A stretch of DNA of 45,244 bases from Macrostomum lignano (GCA_002269645.1 NIVC01003460.1:1-45244), one strand, 5' to 3'; shown: positions 1 through 10,747, counted from the stretch's first letter. Made by a program: numbers and translations. The notes: generated by a model from the letters alone, not told the origin.

Positions 1-96
1 AGTAGGCGGACGGCTTCTTCGACCGAGCGGCCAACCGGCATGTCGCTGATGCTGGCCTGGCAGATCCGGCGATCGGGACCGACTAGGAAAGTTGCT
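1..96 (-). CDS. PRDX: Peroxiredoxin exon 3 (partial, runs off the window edge)
   Basis: Acceptor ccccag at 97-102 (minus). The phase-2 join gives R-ATFLVGPDRRICQASISDMPVGRSVEEAVRL, matching the Prx1-family segment RGLFIID...NDLPVGRSVDETLRL. Confidence 0.9.
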
Positions 97-430
97 CTGG
101 GGAGGACAGCGACGAGGGGAGAAATTTGGACGATTTTTTGACTACTTGCAGGCCTGTAACACGTATTCTTCTCATCCATCTCAATATCCACTCCGCGTCC
201 CTCTTTTCATGCTTTCTGCAACTTATGGTACATTTCCGCTGCATTCCCAGCCTCAAAACAAAAATACTAATACTCAATTCTACGTGCTCCATTCTTCAGA
301 CTCAGGGTTCGATTCCCTGCAAATTGACCAAGGACTTGCCATCCAAATTGTCGTTAATGAAGGCCAAAAAAAGTGTACATACCTGACAGTAGGAGATACT
401 TGGGGGGCAACTTTACACCATGTGTGTGTG

Positions 431-720
431 CCTTCATCATTCCCACCTGTACGAGGCCCCAGCATCCTAATATAACAGTATACTTCATCATCCCCACCTG
501 TACGAGGTCCCAGCATCCTAATATAACAATAGACCTAATCATTCCCACCTGTACGAGGCCCCAGCATCCAAATATAACAGTATACTTCATCATCCCCACC
601 TGTACGAGGCCCCAGCATCCTAATAACAGTAGACTTCATCATTCCCACCTGTACGAGGCCCCAGCATCCTAATATAACAGTAGACTTCATCATTCCCACC
701 TGTACGAGGCCCCAGCATCC
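431..720. repeat. 51-bp minisatellite, 6 copies, containing the Prx exon-2 end and its donor site
   Basis: The unit cattcccacctgtacgaggccccagcatcctaatataacagtagacttcat starts at 438, 489, 540, 591, 640 (49-bp copy before it) and 691. The last copy is the real exon/intron junction. Confidence 0.95.
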
Positions 721-963
721 GGCGCCAGCACTCCGTAGGCCTCGGCAATCTCGTGAGTCCGGTCGCTGAGCAGAACCGGAAATCCGGCGGCCGCCTGTTC
801 GGCAGTCCAACCGAGGCCGCGCTCGCTTTTAGGCGCCTTCAGCCAGGCCAGGTGGGTGAAAGCCGAGTCAGTTGAGCAGCAGACTGTGCTGCACTTCAAC
901 TGCTCGGTTAGTTCGGTCCATTTGTCGGCAAATTGTTGCACTTCGGTTGGGCAAACGAATGTG
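700..963 (-). CDS. PRDX: Peroxiredoxin exon 2 (peroxidatic Cys motif)
   Basis: ctgcag acceptor and AG|gtggga donor; 264 nt, phase 2 to phase 2. Encodes F-TFVCPTE...CSTDSAFTHLAW...YGVL, completing YPxDFTFVCPTE with exon 1. Confidence 0.95.
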
Positions 964-1226
964 CTGCAGTAAAAGTTGATTTTTTTAATATCAGTTTTAT
1001 TTCTAGGAATCAATGACACGTAAGACCAAAATTAAAAAGCAAATATTAAAATCAATTGGGTTTAAGATTGGACGGACTGGCGTATCAAAATTTAAATTTA
1101 TAAAACTAACCTAGTCGAATCACTTAATCCCAAAACTAGTTGGCCTTCACGTGAAGGCCACGCGGACTTCCGTGAGGCAGAGATGAAAGGCAGGGAAATA
1201 TGAGCAGGTATATCGAATAAAGTTCT

Positions 1227-1640
1227 GAGACACGGAGAGGAATACCAAAGAGATCTCCAAGACACGGAGATGGAAATCAAGGAGACTTCCAAGAACCGAG
1301 ATGGAAATCAAAGAGACTTCCAAGACACCGAGATGGAAATCAAGGAGACTTCCAACACACGGAGATGGAAATCCAGGAGACTTCCAAGACACCGAGATGG
1401 AAATCAAGGATACTTCCAAGACACGGAGATGGAACTCAAGGAGACTTCCAAGACACGGAGATGGAAATCCAGGAGACTTCCAAGACACGGAGATGGAAAT
1501 CAAGGAGACTTCCAAGACACGGAGATGGAAATCCAGGAGACTTCCAAGACACGGAGATGGAAATCAAGGAGACTTCCAAGACACGGAGATGGAAATCAAG
1601 GAGACTTCCAAGACACCGAGATGGAACCCAAGGAGACTTT
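1227..1640. repeat. 32-bp minisatellite (about 12 copies) in Prx intron 1
   Basis: Unit gacacggagatggaaatcaaggagacttccaa; the 32-aa periodic ORFs in the track reflect it. Confidence 0.95.
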
Positions 1641-1703
1641 AATGTGTACTCTACATGCATCGATTTAAAAGCCTCAACCTTCAAAATAAACAAATGAACT
1701 CAC

Positions 1704-1849
1704 AAGTCGGATGGATAAAAGACCAGCAGCAGGTACTGAGCGTCTCGCATCGCGTCCTCTAACGTAAAATCGGATACGATTTCGCCATTTTTCACTGCCT
1801 GGCTGCGAAACGGTGGCGCCAAATCGCCAGGCTGTAGGAAGTGCGACAT
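1704..1849 (-). CDS. PRDX: Peroxiredoxin exon 1
   Basis: ATG at 1849, MSHFLQPGDLAPPFRSQAVKNGE...LLLVFYPSD, then donor TT|gtgagt; 146 nt. It joins exon 2 in frame. Confidence 0.92.
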
Positions 1850-2728
1850 AGTTACACTGCAGCAGAAGATAGTGCCAGCTAAATGAGTTGTTCTCAAATT
1901 AAATTGGACGCGAACGAGCTTAACAAGATGCTACTTGCTTGCTCTCTCGCTTTTAAATTAATATACTAATGGTACTAATGGTAGATTATACACAACAAGG
2001 CAAAAGTCTGTCGACAGGGCAATTAATTTTAGCGCGCTGTCTATGGCCGCTCGCAGAATCTCGTCTGAATGAACTTATTTCTAACATGGGGCTTTGCTTA
2101 ATTCAGGAATATCCACAGGGAATATCAGTCTTTGGGTTGGATCAGACTTGGGCAAGAATAAACAACGGGGTGTCAGCGACAAGGGAGCAAAAGGTCGCTA
2201 AACGAACTAGGCCCAGACGGCGCCGCGGCGGCGATGGAGAGTACTTATGATGTTAGTACTTTATGTTTTAAATTACAATTACAGCACTTCTCCGGACTTG
2301 GGCAAGAATAAGCAACGCGTGGTGTCGGGGTGTCGGGTGTCGGGTTGGTGACTCGCTCATCGCCGATCGTGAAGGCAAATGGCATCAAGAAACCAGCATG
2401 TGCCGCGTCAACCTGCGCTTTTTGAGCTAGTCCGCATCGTTTAAGTCTCTGTCGAGAAAATAGCAGATAACTACATGTACATTTCTAGGCCGGGCTGCAG
2501 GCAGCCACTACTTTAACACTCAGATGCTCACTGAAAGGGCTAGAAGCCCTGAACTCTATATTTATAGCAGTATCGTTATGTACAGCAAGGGGTGGGTTGA
2601 AGGCTCAACTGAGGGGGTAATTGGCTGACATAAAGTAAGGAGGGTGGAGTACGCGACAGGCGAGAGAATGAGAGGCTTAGAGAAGAATGAGAGACCGACC
2701 AATCAGAAGAAGGAAATGGTGAGAGATC

Positions 2729-2847
<119 letters not shown>

Positions 2848-2946
2848 TTGAACTATATTGATTGAGACAAGGTAAACGAAGAGAGCCAAACAGCAGATGA
2901 GAAAAGTGTAAATAATCTAGCGACTAGATTGGAAAGTAGCGATTAA

Positions 2947-2978
2947 GTCTCGGCGTTGCAAAGCAGGACGGTCACGAC
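2947..2978 (-). mobile_element. Short relic of the RTE-like LINE seen at 32-33.6 kb
   Basis: 28 of 32 nt match 33342-33373; translates VTVLLCNAET versus ETVLLYNAET. Confidence 0.55.
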
Positions 2979-5029
2979 CCAGCACGGCCATCTGTAACAA
3001 CACGACGGTACACACTGTCGCAGCCAGAGCCGATAATTGTCAGCGTAGCCTAGCGGCTCAGCCTCTCCCGTCGTAACAACGGTAGAACAATAAAGACAGC
3101 ATAAGACTTTCAAGCGAGAAAGAATGAAATGCAAATGAAATTATGAAAAAGCAGCTAGAACACAGTAGAAACAGAGTAACATTGATCTATAGTCATTAAA
3201 AATTCAGGAGTCATAAAATTAAAAATGAAAACATAAATAAAATTCTACGCTACACGAACTGATCAATTGCTATCCCTCTTTTAACCTTAAGGCCTAAACT
3301 CACCAATACACATTTTCCAAAGTTAAAGCCGGTACAGTGGTACTCGACTCGCTTCTAGAAAAGCAATGATTCAAGCAAAGATTTTGCACAGTTTCTAAGA
3401 AAAAAAATTACAGTCTACGACTCTACGTCTACGATGAGGTCTACGCTAAACGAAATTTTAGGGGGGGGGGGGGCTAGTTTCAAATCAGTTAAAAACCAGT
3501 CTGAATTTTACCGTTTCAATGAACGTAGGCTTAATATTAATAGGCCTATGCGCACAATTATCACAGAATACATTAAAAATGAAAGCTAAAAAGCAAGGCC
3601 TAGGCCTAGCTAGACCTAAGTCTAAGAATTGTATAGGATAGTCCTAACATAGTCATAAATATAAGCCTAATTTTATCATGTTTTTTTAATTAACTTAGTC
3701 CAAAGCCTTATGCCTATGCTCTAGATCTAGGCGTCTAGGCCTATGGCTATGTCTGAATAAAATTTATGCATTGTTAGGCTGCCTTTATAAATATAATATC
3801 TGAAGATATATATAATATATAATATAAAAATATACTTTGATATTTGTCAACTTTTTAAAGCTCATAGATATTTAGACTGGACCATGGCCAATTTTTCAAG
3901 CTGAAGAATGTTGCAGCTTTCTGCACTGCAGCTTTCTGGTGTTAGATACATTAAAACAAGTTTTAAAGCATAGAATTAGTGCTCAATCAGGCTTAAGTCT
4001 CTTAAAAATATTTTTTATACTAGAAATAGTTGGTAGATTACTTTTCTGGAGTCAAAATAATTTAACAAACAAAACTATAGATAGGCCTAGTTATGTCAAT
4101 TTTCTTTTATAATTGAATTACTTACCATTTTAGTATACTTTATTACTACCATTTATTATACTCTCTAGACTAAGGCCTAGTAAATAGTTGATATAGCAAT
4201 AGACAAAATATGCCTAGGGGCTAAGGCCATAATAAACCGTCATTTTTATTGAAAAGTCAATTTATAAGATATAAATGATAAGACTAGGCATTTTGCCGAG
4301 TTTAAATATTACAAATAAAGGCCTATTGTAGTATTGATTGGCCTTTAAAGAAAATATAATATGAAAATGAATAGGGCCTAGCTTAGGCCTATATATCCTT
4401 AGCTAAATCTTTGCCCTTTTAGATTTATTAATAGCTTAGTGTTGATTTAGGTCTATTAATTTATAAGGCTAGCTATGGTCTAAGAATTTTCTAGGCTAGG
4501 CCTAGTTATTATAGCTTTTACTACTTTAGTCTTAGACTATATTTTAAATCTTGAGTAAGCCTAATTTTATTGAAGCCTCACTTTGTCATATAAAATTATT
4601 ATTTATGTACAAAAGTTGTTTATTTCTGTTTATTTCTATTTTTTATGGCCACCAACTTGCCTAATTAACTTAACCATCAATGGATAATTAAGTCTAGGCC
4701 TAATGATATTGATAGCAAAGTTGGTTTTAGTAAGTTTCACAGCCAGTGTAAATCAGGCGGGTTGCACATGTATGTTCCAAATTGGCACCTGGGGTTCCAA
4801 ATTTAGGTTAATCTTCTATCAATTGTTAAATTTAAGCAATCTGTAAACATAGAGTCTGCAGATTTCTGCAACTTCTGTGAGTCAGAGAGGCAGTCAGAAG
4901 TGTAAGCATAGGGCAGAGATGTTGGTATTTTATTAGATTTTTGACTTTCTGACTGATAGCAGCTGGAATCTCGGATTTGGACCCAAAATGCCTAGAATGG
5001 CACTGCGATTCTGATGTTTACAAACTCAG

Positions 5030-7130
5030 GATGAAAAGTGTCAATATGTCCTAAAACTACTCTTGCCAATCCAGCAAGCGCCAACAACAAAGCGCAAAAA
5101 GCCGTCAGCGTCGCCCTCGCCTTCGTTTCAATCTTCGCCTTCGCCGCAGGCGCAGCAACAGCAGCAGCAGCCGCAGCAGTACATTGGCGTGACCTCCGGC
5201 GCCGCGGCGGCTGCAGCCGCTGCCCAGCAGGAGCGCCAATCATTCGCTCTGCTAAGCGCCGAAACTCTCCGCCTATGGTGCGACTCGGCCGGAGCCCAGC
5301 TGGCCAATCGGGACGCCATGCTCTGCCTGGCCCAGGAGGTCACCTACCAGACTCGGCACCTCATCACCAAGGCTGCCCAACGGATGCGACATTCGGCGCG
5401 CAGGCGATTAACTGTCGACGATGTCGATTCCGCTTGCTTAGCGTCGAAGTCGCCGCGTTTGATTGGTCATCTGGCGCCACCAGCGGAGCTGCTAACCTGC
5501 CCGACGCCTGTACGACTTCCGGCGGAAGCTGTGGCTGGCGACCCGGACTTGGCTGGTCTTCGCTACCTGCCGGAGACTTGCTTAGATCCGCTGCTGCTGC
5601 TGCGCAGAGCTCGGGTTGGCAGCGCTGATCCGTCAGTATCGGCGCCTCTGTCTATACTGCGCGTGTGCAACTCTTCTACCAACAGTTTGGACTCTGTTAA
5701 TACTGGCAGTTTAGCTTCATCTACGGTCACTCTGACCCAGGCTGAAGCTGCCTATAGCGCTGAGATTCGTCGACTCCTACTACTACGTCGTCCGTTAAAT
5801 AGTCCAATCCAGTCGGTTTCTTCGTCTTTGAAGCAGCCGCAGCAGCAGCGAGTGAAGCAGCAACCAGGCAATTCTAAGCAGAGTCCGCAGCAGCAGCCGC
5901 CATTCCATCACCTGCTCCGCCACCTTGCCAGCACGGACACTCCCGCCCTCGGCCGGATCCTTTCCCGCCTACTGCAGTTCCTTGGCCGGCTATGTCGTCG
6001 ATTCGGCCACTCGCCCGTTCTGCTGTCTCGCTGCCTACGCTGTCTGCAAGCTTGCGCTAGTAATCCTCATCTGACTTGGCCAGCCTCCGAGTTCGCCATC
6101 GCTGTTCACCTGCTCTCCTGCCTGCTGGCCACCACTCCGCCTTGTTCAGTCTGGCGACCAGCCGAGGCTGTCGATCTGCAAGAGGCCGCCGCGACACTTC
6201 TAGCAAGACTATCGCCTAGTCGTGGCAGACAGTCGAATCCGTTGCTTCGTCGGCTGCTGTTATCGTCCGATGGTTCAGCCGCGGCTTCCGGGCTGCAGTC
6301 AGCTGCAGAGATGCCGCCCTTGCTGGACAGAAGCTGGCCAGCTGTGCGCAAGTCGCTGCCTCGCCTGCTGGCGCAATTGACGCCGGCGATTGTCGGCCAG
6401 ACTGCTGATGTGGAGTCCGTGGCCTCCGCCGTCAGGCTTCGCTGCAGACTGTTGGCCTATCTGAGGCGATTGTCGATGGAATCTGTTGCCAGGCGCCAGG
6501 CTGATAACGAATCGCTGTCAGATGAAGAGGAAGAAGAGCTTCCGGTTGCTGCCGATGACGTCGAATGCGATTCGGAGAGCTGCCGTGGCGCAGGCGAAGA
6601 TTGTCGTGATTGGCGCTTGGCCGCTAGCGTGTACAGCGCGTTGGCATCGAGCGACGGGTTCGCTTCGATGCTCGACCTGCCGCTCTATCAGTTTCGCAGA
6701 CTCTGCGCTGCTTCATCAGTGAACTTCGGCCTGATGTCGCAACAGCGACAACTTCAGCAGGGCCCGGATCTGCTCAGCTCTGTTGCCGCAGCTGATAGCA
6801 TCGCCGAGAATGTTGACGGCCTGTTGATGCTGTTGGAGCAGCAACAGCAGCAGCAGCAGTTTCTGCAGGAGCAGCACCTGAGCCAGGCTCTACTGCCGAT
6901 CGATATTGGCGCAGATGTCGATGTGATCAGTCCAGAAGCTGCTTGCTCGCCGAACTCTCGACCGCCAGTGCTGGAGCCGGCGATGCCTCAGCTGGGCCTG
7001 ATGCAGGACGACCCGGTGCCCTCCCAGCTGCCTCTGCTAAGAGACGATGATGATGTCGTTGAAAGTCGAGGCGATTTACCAGTGCCGGACTCCGATGTCA
7101 GCTGCATGGCGGACCTGCTTAATTTCGGAG
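5030..7130 (+). CDS. TAF6L: TAF6-like (SAGA subunit TAF6L) large exon; exact start uncertain
   Basis: N-terminal histone fold (ETLRLWCDSAG...LAQEVTYQTR...RHSARRRLTVDDV) followed by HEAT-like TAF6 C-domain segments (LSRCLRCLQACASNPHL; the NPHL resembles TAF6L). The frame is open from 5015. Phase-0 acceptors lie at 5029 and 5074; donor G|gtttgt at 7131. Confidence 0.75.
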
Positions 7131-7219
7131 GTTTGTCCGCATTTTTATAAATATTTTGTCTAAATATGCACTTAGTATGCTTAAACAAGTACTTTTACTG
7201 CGTCTAGGTATGTACTTTT

Positions 7220-7556
7220 GCAGTGTCAGGACTACAGGACATGCATTTTTAATCTGTCTAGATATGTAGTTTTGTTGTGTCAGGACATTTAGTTTTTTTT
7301 GTGTCAGGACATGTAGTTTTTTTGTGTCAGGACATGTAGTTTTTTGTGTCAGGACATGTAGTGCTGTGTCAGGACATGTAGTTTTGTTGTGTCAGGACAT
7401 GTAGTGCTGTGTCAGGACATGTAGTTTTGTTGTGTCAGGACATGTAGTGCTGTGTCAGGACATGTAGTTTTGTTGGGTCAGGATATGCAGTTTTGTTGTG
7501 TCAGGACATGTAGTTTGTTGTCTCAGGACATTTAGTGTTGTGTCAGGACTTGTACT
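7220..7556. repeat. 20/23-bp minisatellite in the TAF6L intron
   Basis: Core gtgtcaggacatgtagt followed by gct or tttgtt; about 15 copies. Confidence 0.92.
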
Positions 7557-7692
7557 CGTAGTTTTAAAGTGTTGAAGGCAGTTTTTACATTTCACATAAA
7601 AGTTATAGTGTAACTTTTCTCTCTATACTACTTACTATCCGCAGTAGTAGAGCAGTAGTGACACAAATGAACATCTATTCCCAATTTTGCAG

Positions 7693-8297
7693 CTCTGTCA
7701 GCCGACCAGTGCTCGGAGGCCTCCACGTTGCCCGCCATCAGCGACCGTCCGCTAACGCCGCCTCTGGCATCGGAGGAGCCGCCTCTGCGGCTGGCTGCCG
7801 AAGCGTCGCCGCCGCAGCAGCAGCAACAGCAAAAGCAGAAGCAGACACAGCAGCCGCCAATGTTTGAATTAATCTCTCCGCCTCTTCCACAGCCGCCGGC
7901 GCCTCATCCTCAGCCTCAACCGCCGCCTCCGCCCTTGTTCAGCATCGACACCGACGATCTGGAAGTATTCGATTATCCTAGTAGAAGACCGTTGCAACGT
8001 CAGAAACGAATTGTTATTCGATTATTGTCGAATAACTCTGGCGCTAAAATGCCTACTCATACTACTCATAGTGGCGAGTCAAGTGCCTTGCCTAATTGTC
8101 AGCAGCCTGCGGCTGGCACCGAGTCGTCAGAGTTCTATCGATTGTTTCAGCAGTTGAAATGGCGATTCGGCTGGGGCATCGGCCGGGCCGCCGTGGCGTC
8201 GGTTAGTCGCGGCGGCATTGCAGGGGCTTTCAATAGCGGAATTCCCGGAGACAGCGACCTCGTGGCAGTGTTGCCGGATTTTGCCTACCCATTGTGA
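7693..8297 (+). CDS. TAF6L: TAF6L-like terminal exon (Pro/Gln-rich, ends ...LPDFAYPL*)
   Basis: Acceptor ttttgcag at 7692. The phase-1 join from 7130 (G|CT) places it in frame with track ORF 7728-8297; the spliced product is about 900 aa. Confidence 0.65.
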
Positions 8298-8391
8298 CGC
8301 TTCTCGTTTGTTTCGGTTATTTATTTTATGCCCAGCTTGTTGGTTGTAATTTTTGTTAAAGTTTTATTAAATTCTCAAGTTCCAAATTGCT

Positions 8392-8827
8392 GGAAGGTTC
8401 CAAACTAAATGGTTCTAAACCGGAAGGTTCCAAACCGGAAGGTTCCAAACCGGAAGGTTCCAAACCGGAAGGTTCCAAACCGGAAGGTTCCAAACCGGAA
8501 GGTTCCAAACCGGAAGGTTCCAAACCGGAAGGTTCCAAACCGGAAGGTTCCAAACCGGAAGGTTCCAAACCGGAAGGTTCCAAACCGGAAGGTTCCAAAC
8601 CGGAAGGTTCCAAACCGGAAGGTTCCAAACCGGAAGGTTCCAAACCGGAAGGTTCCAAACCGGAATGTTCCAAACCGGAAGGTTCCAAACCGGAAGGTTC
8701 CAAACCGGAAGTTTCCAAACCGGAAGGTTCCAAACCGGAAGGTTCCAAACCGGATGGTTCCAAACCGGAAGGTTCCAAACCGGAAGGTTCCAAACCGGAT
8801 GGTTCCAAACCGGATGGTTCCAAACCG
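8392..8827. repeat. 15-bp minisatellite (about 29 copies)
   Basis: Unit ggaaggttccaaacc, nearly perfect. Confidence 0.97.
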
Positions 8828-9477
8828 AAGACAATTAAAACAAAAAATTTAAAGATTAATTCCGTACAAAACCAAGCCACATTATGTTTCCTGTGAATGG
8901 ATCCGCCAACGCCTACTGACGGCAGCATTTTTCCTGTTCGCTTCAGCTAACTCGCTTTCTTACTTACCTGATTCGCTCATTGACAAAAATACAAAGCCTA
9001 ATTATAAGCAGAATTTCATTTCAAGCTTGTAAATGAGTATTAACTATTCATATAATATTTAACGATAGGTTTTTAAATCTTTGTTTTTTCTTCTAACTTC
9101 GCAATTTTAGATGAAGTACCGCGATATAGTGCGGTTTGGTTCGGCCTATATAATATATGGGTCAATATTTCTGACAGCAATAATCATAAATACCAGATTT
9201 ATCTGGAGAGGATTTTGGTGGGAGCGTAGAAATAATCAAATTTGTTGCTTTCAATCGCCCTGTGCGGTCGGGTTTACAGTCTAAACACGGTGCTTTTAAT
9301 GAGTGTCTTGAGTTTATCGGTCTTGGCTAGCTTTGGCTTGTCGGAATGTCATTAATCTTGATGTCTGAATTTGCACCTGTACTGTAAATACGAGGTTGAT
9401 AGATGCGTTTTCAAGTTTAAATAGGCTGGTATAGACTGGTAGAAACACGACTGTGCTTGCTCGGTGTAAAGATAAAT

Positions 9478-9591
9478 TGATAGATGGGTAGGTAGATAGA
9501 TAGGTAGATAGATAGATAGATAGGTAGGTAGATAGATAGATGGGTAGATAGATAGATAGATAGGTAGGTAGGTAGATAGATAGATAGATAC

Positions 9592-9624
<33 letters not shown>

Positions 9625-9920
9625 CAGGTAGATAAAGTAGATAGATAGACAGGTAGATAAAGTAGATAGATAGACAGGTAGATAAAGTAGATAGATAGAC
9701 AGGTAGATAAAGTAGATAGATAGACAGGTAGATAAAGTAGATAGATAGACAGGTAGATAAAGTAGATAGATAGACAGGTAGATAAAGTAGATAGATAGAC
9801 AGGTAGATAAAGTAGATAGATAGACAGGTAGATAAAGTAGATAGATAGACAGGTAGATAAAGTAGATAGATAGACAGATAGATAAAGTAGATAGATAGAC
9901 AGGTAGATAAGGTAGATAGA
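9478..9920. repeat. (GATA)n microsatellite grading into a 25-bp minisatellite
   Basis: GATA/GGTA units to about 9615, then about 11 copies of agatagatagacaggtagataaagt. Confidence 0.95.
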
Positions 9921-10233
9921 CAGGTAAATCGCTAGGTATAAACGTAGATATTCCCGCAGCAGATGCAATGCCGAGCTATCACTTGAACAGAACTCAGCCT
10001 CGCAGCAATCAGATTTCGCATCCACTTCAATCCCCGACAAGATCGGTGGCGCCGTTGCCTCAAAAAGTTCAGATTTCAGTCTTCTGATTCTGCAATATTT
10101 TCAAAACAAAGCCCCCAGGCGCAGACACACTGAAAACTCGTCCCCACTGATTTTCATCTGCTACAATTCCATGGGCTACTTTGTACCAGCATTAAGCGAA
10201 ATGTCAGCCGAAGCGGCGGAAACGGAGATGACA

Positions 10234-10450
10234 CTATATTGCCGTTTTTGAACTTGCAGTTGAAGTTTCTGTCAGCTCGGTTGCTTCTTGTGGGCAACCG
10301 AGGTTCGGGGTTATAGCTGGCGCTGCTGCAGCCGCGGGTTGGGTTAAGTGCTGAGGAACCAAACTCTGCGGCTTATAAGGCGCGATAGCAACAGATTCCA
10401 TCACGAATTCTACAGCCTTCTTTAGCCGTTGTAATGCTACCACAGCGTAG
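10234..10450 (-). CDS. Putative terminal exon of an unidentified gene
   Basis: Acceptor aataaaacag at 10451; encodes YAVVALQRLKKAVEFVMES...KTAI*; joins 11342-11422 in frame. Confidence 0.4.
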
Positions 10451-10747
10451 CTGTTTTATTACTGCCTTGGTCCCTGTGCATGTACGAGTATACACGTATA
10501 TCTATACGTTAAGCATGATTGGTAACAGCGTCTCCCATGGCAACAATAAATTAGATAACACCGTGTGTTTTTTCGTCTACACCGAACATACAGACATTAG
10601 TACGTGGTTTTTACTGTCGGCTTGTGCCTTGGGTGTATATTGTAGCATAGATTTGTCTGACAGCAAATTATGCGAATATTTAAGTGTGCGGTCAAGTACT
10701 GTACTGTCCGTACTGAAGTTAACTCCTCCGTCTTGGAATTTCACTGG

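Noticed and set aside
8356-8928. ORFs with EPSGL/KPEGS/PNRKV repeats
   Set aside because: These are frames of the 15-bp array, with no coding flanks.
8880-8985. Minus-strand ATG AGC GAA TCA G|gtaagt mini-exon
   Set aside because: Splicing to the nearest acceptor gives only a 15-aa peptide, with no further support.
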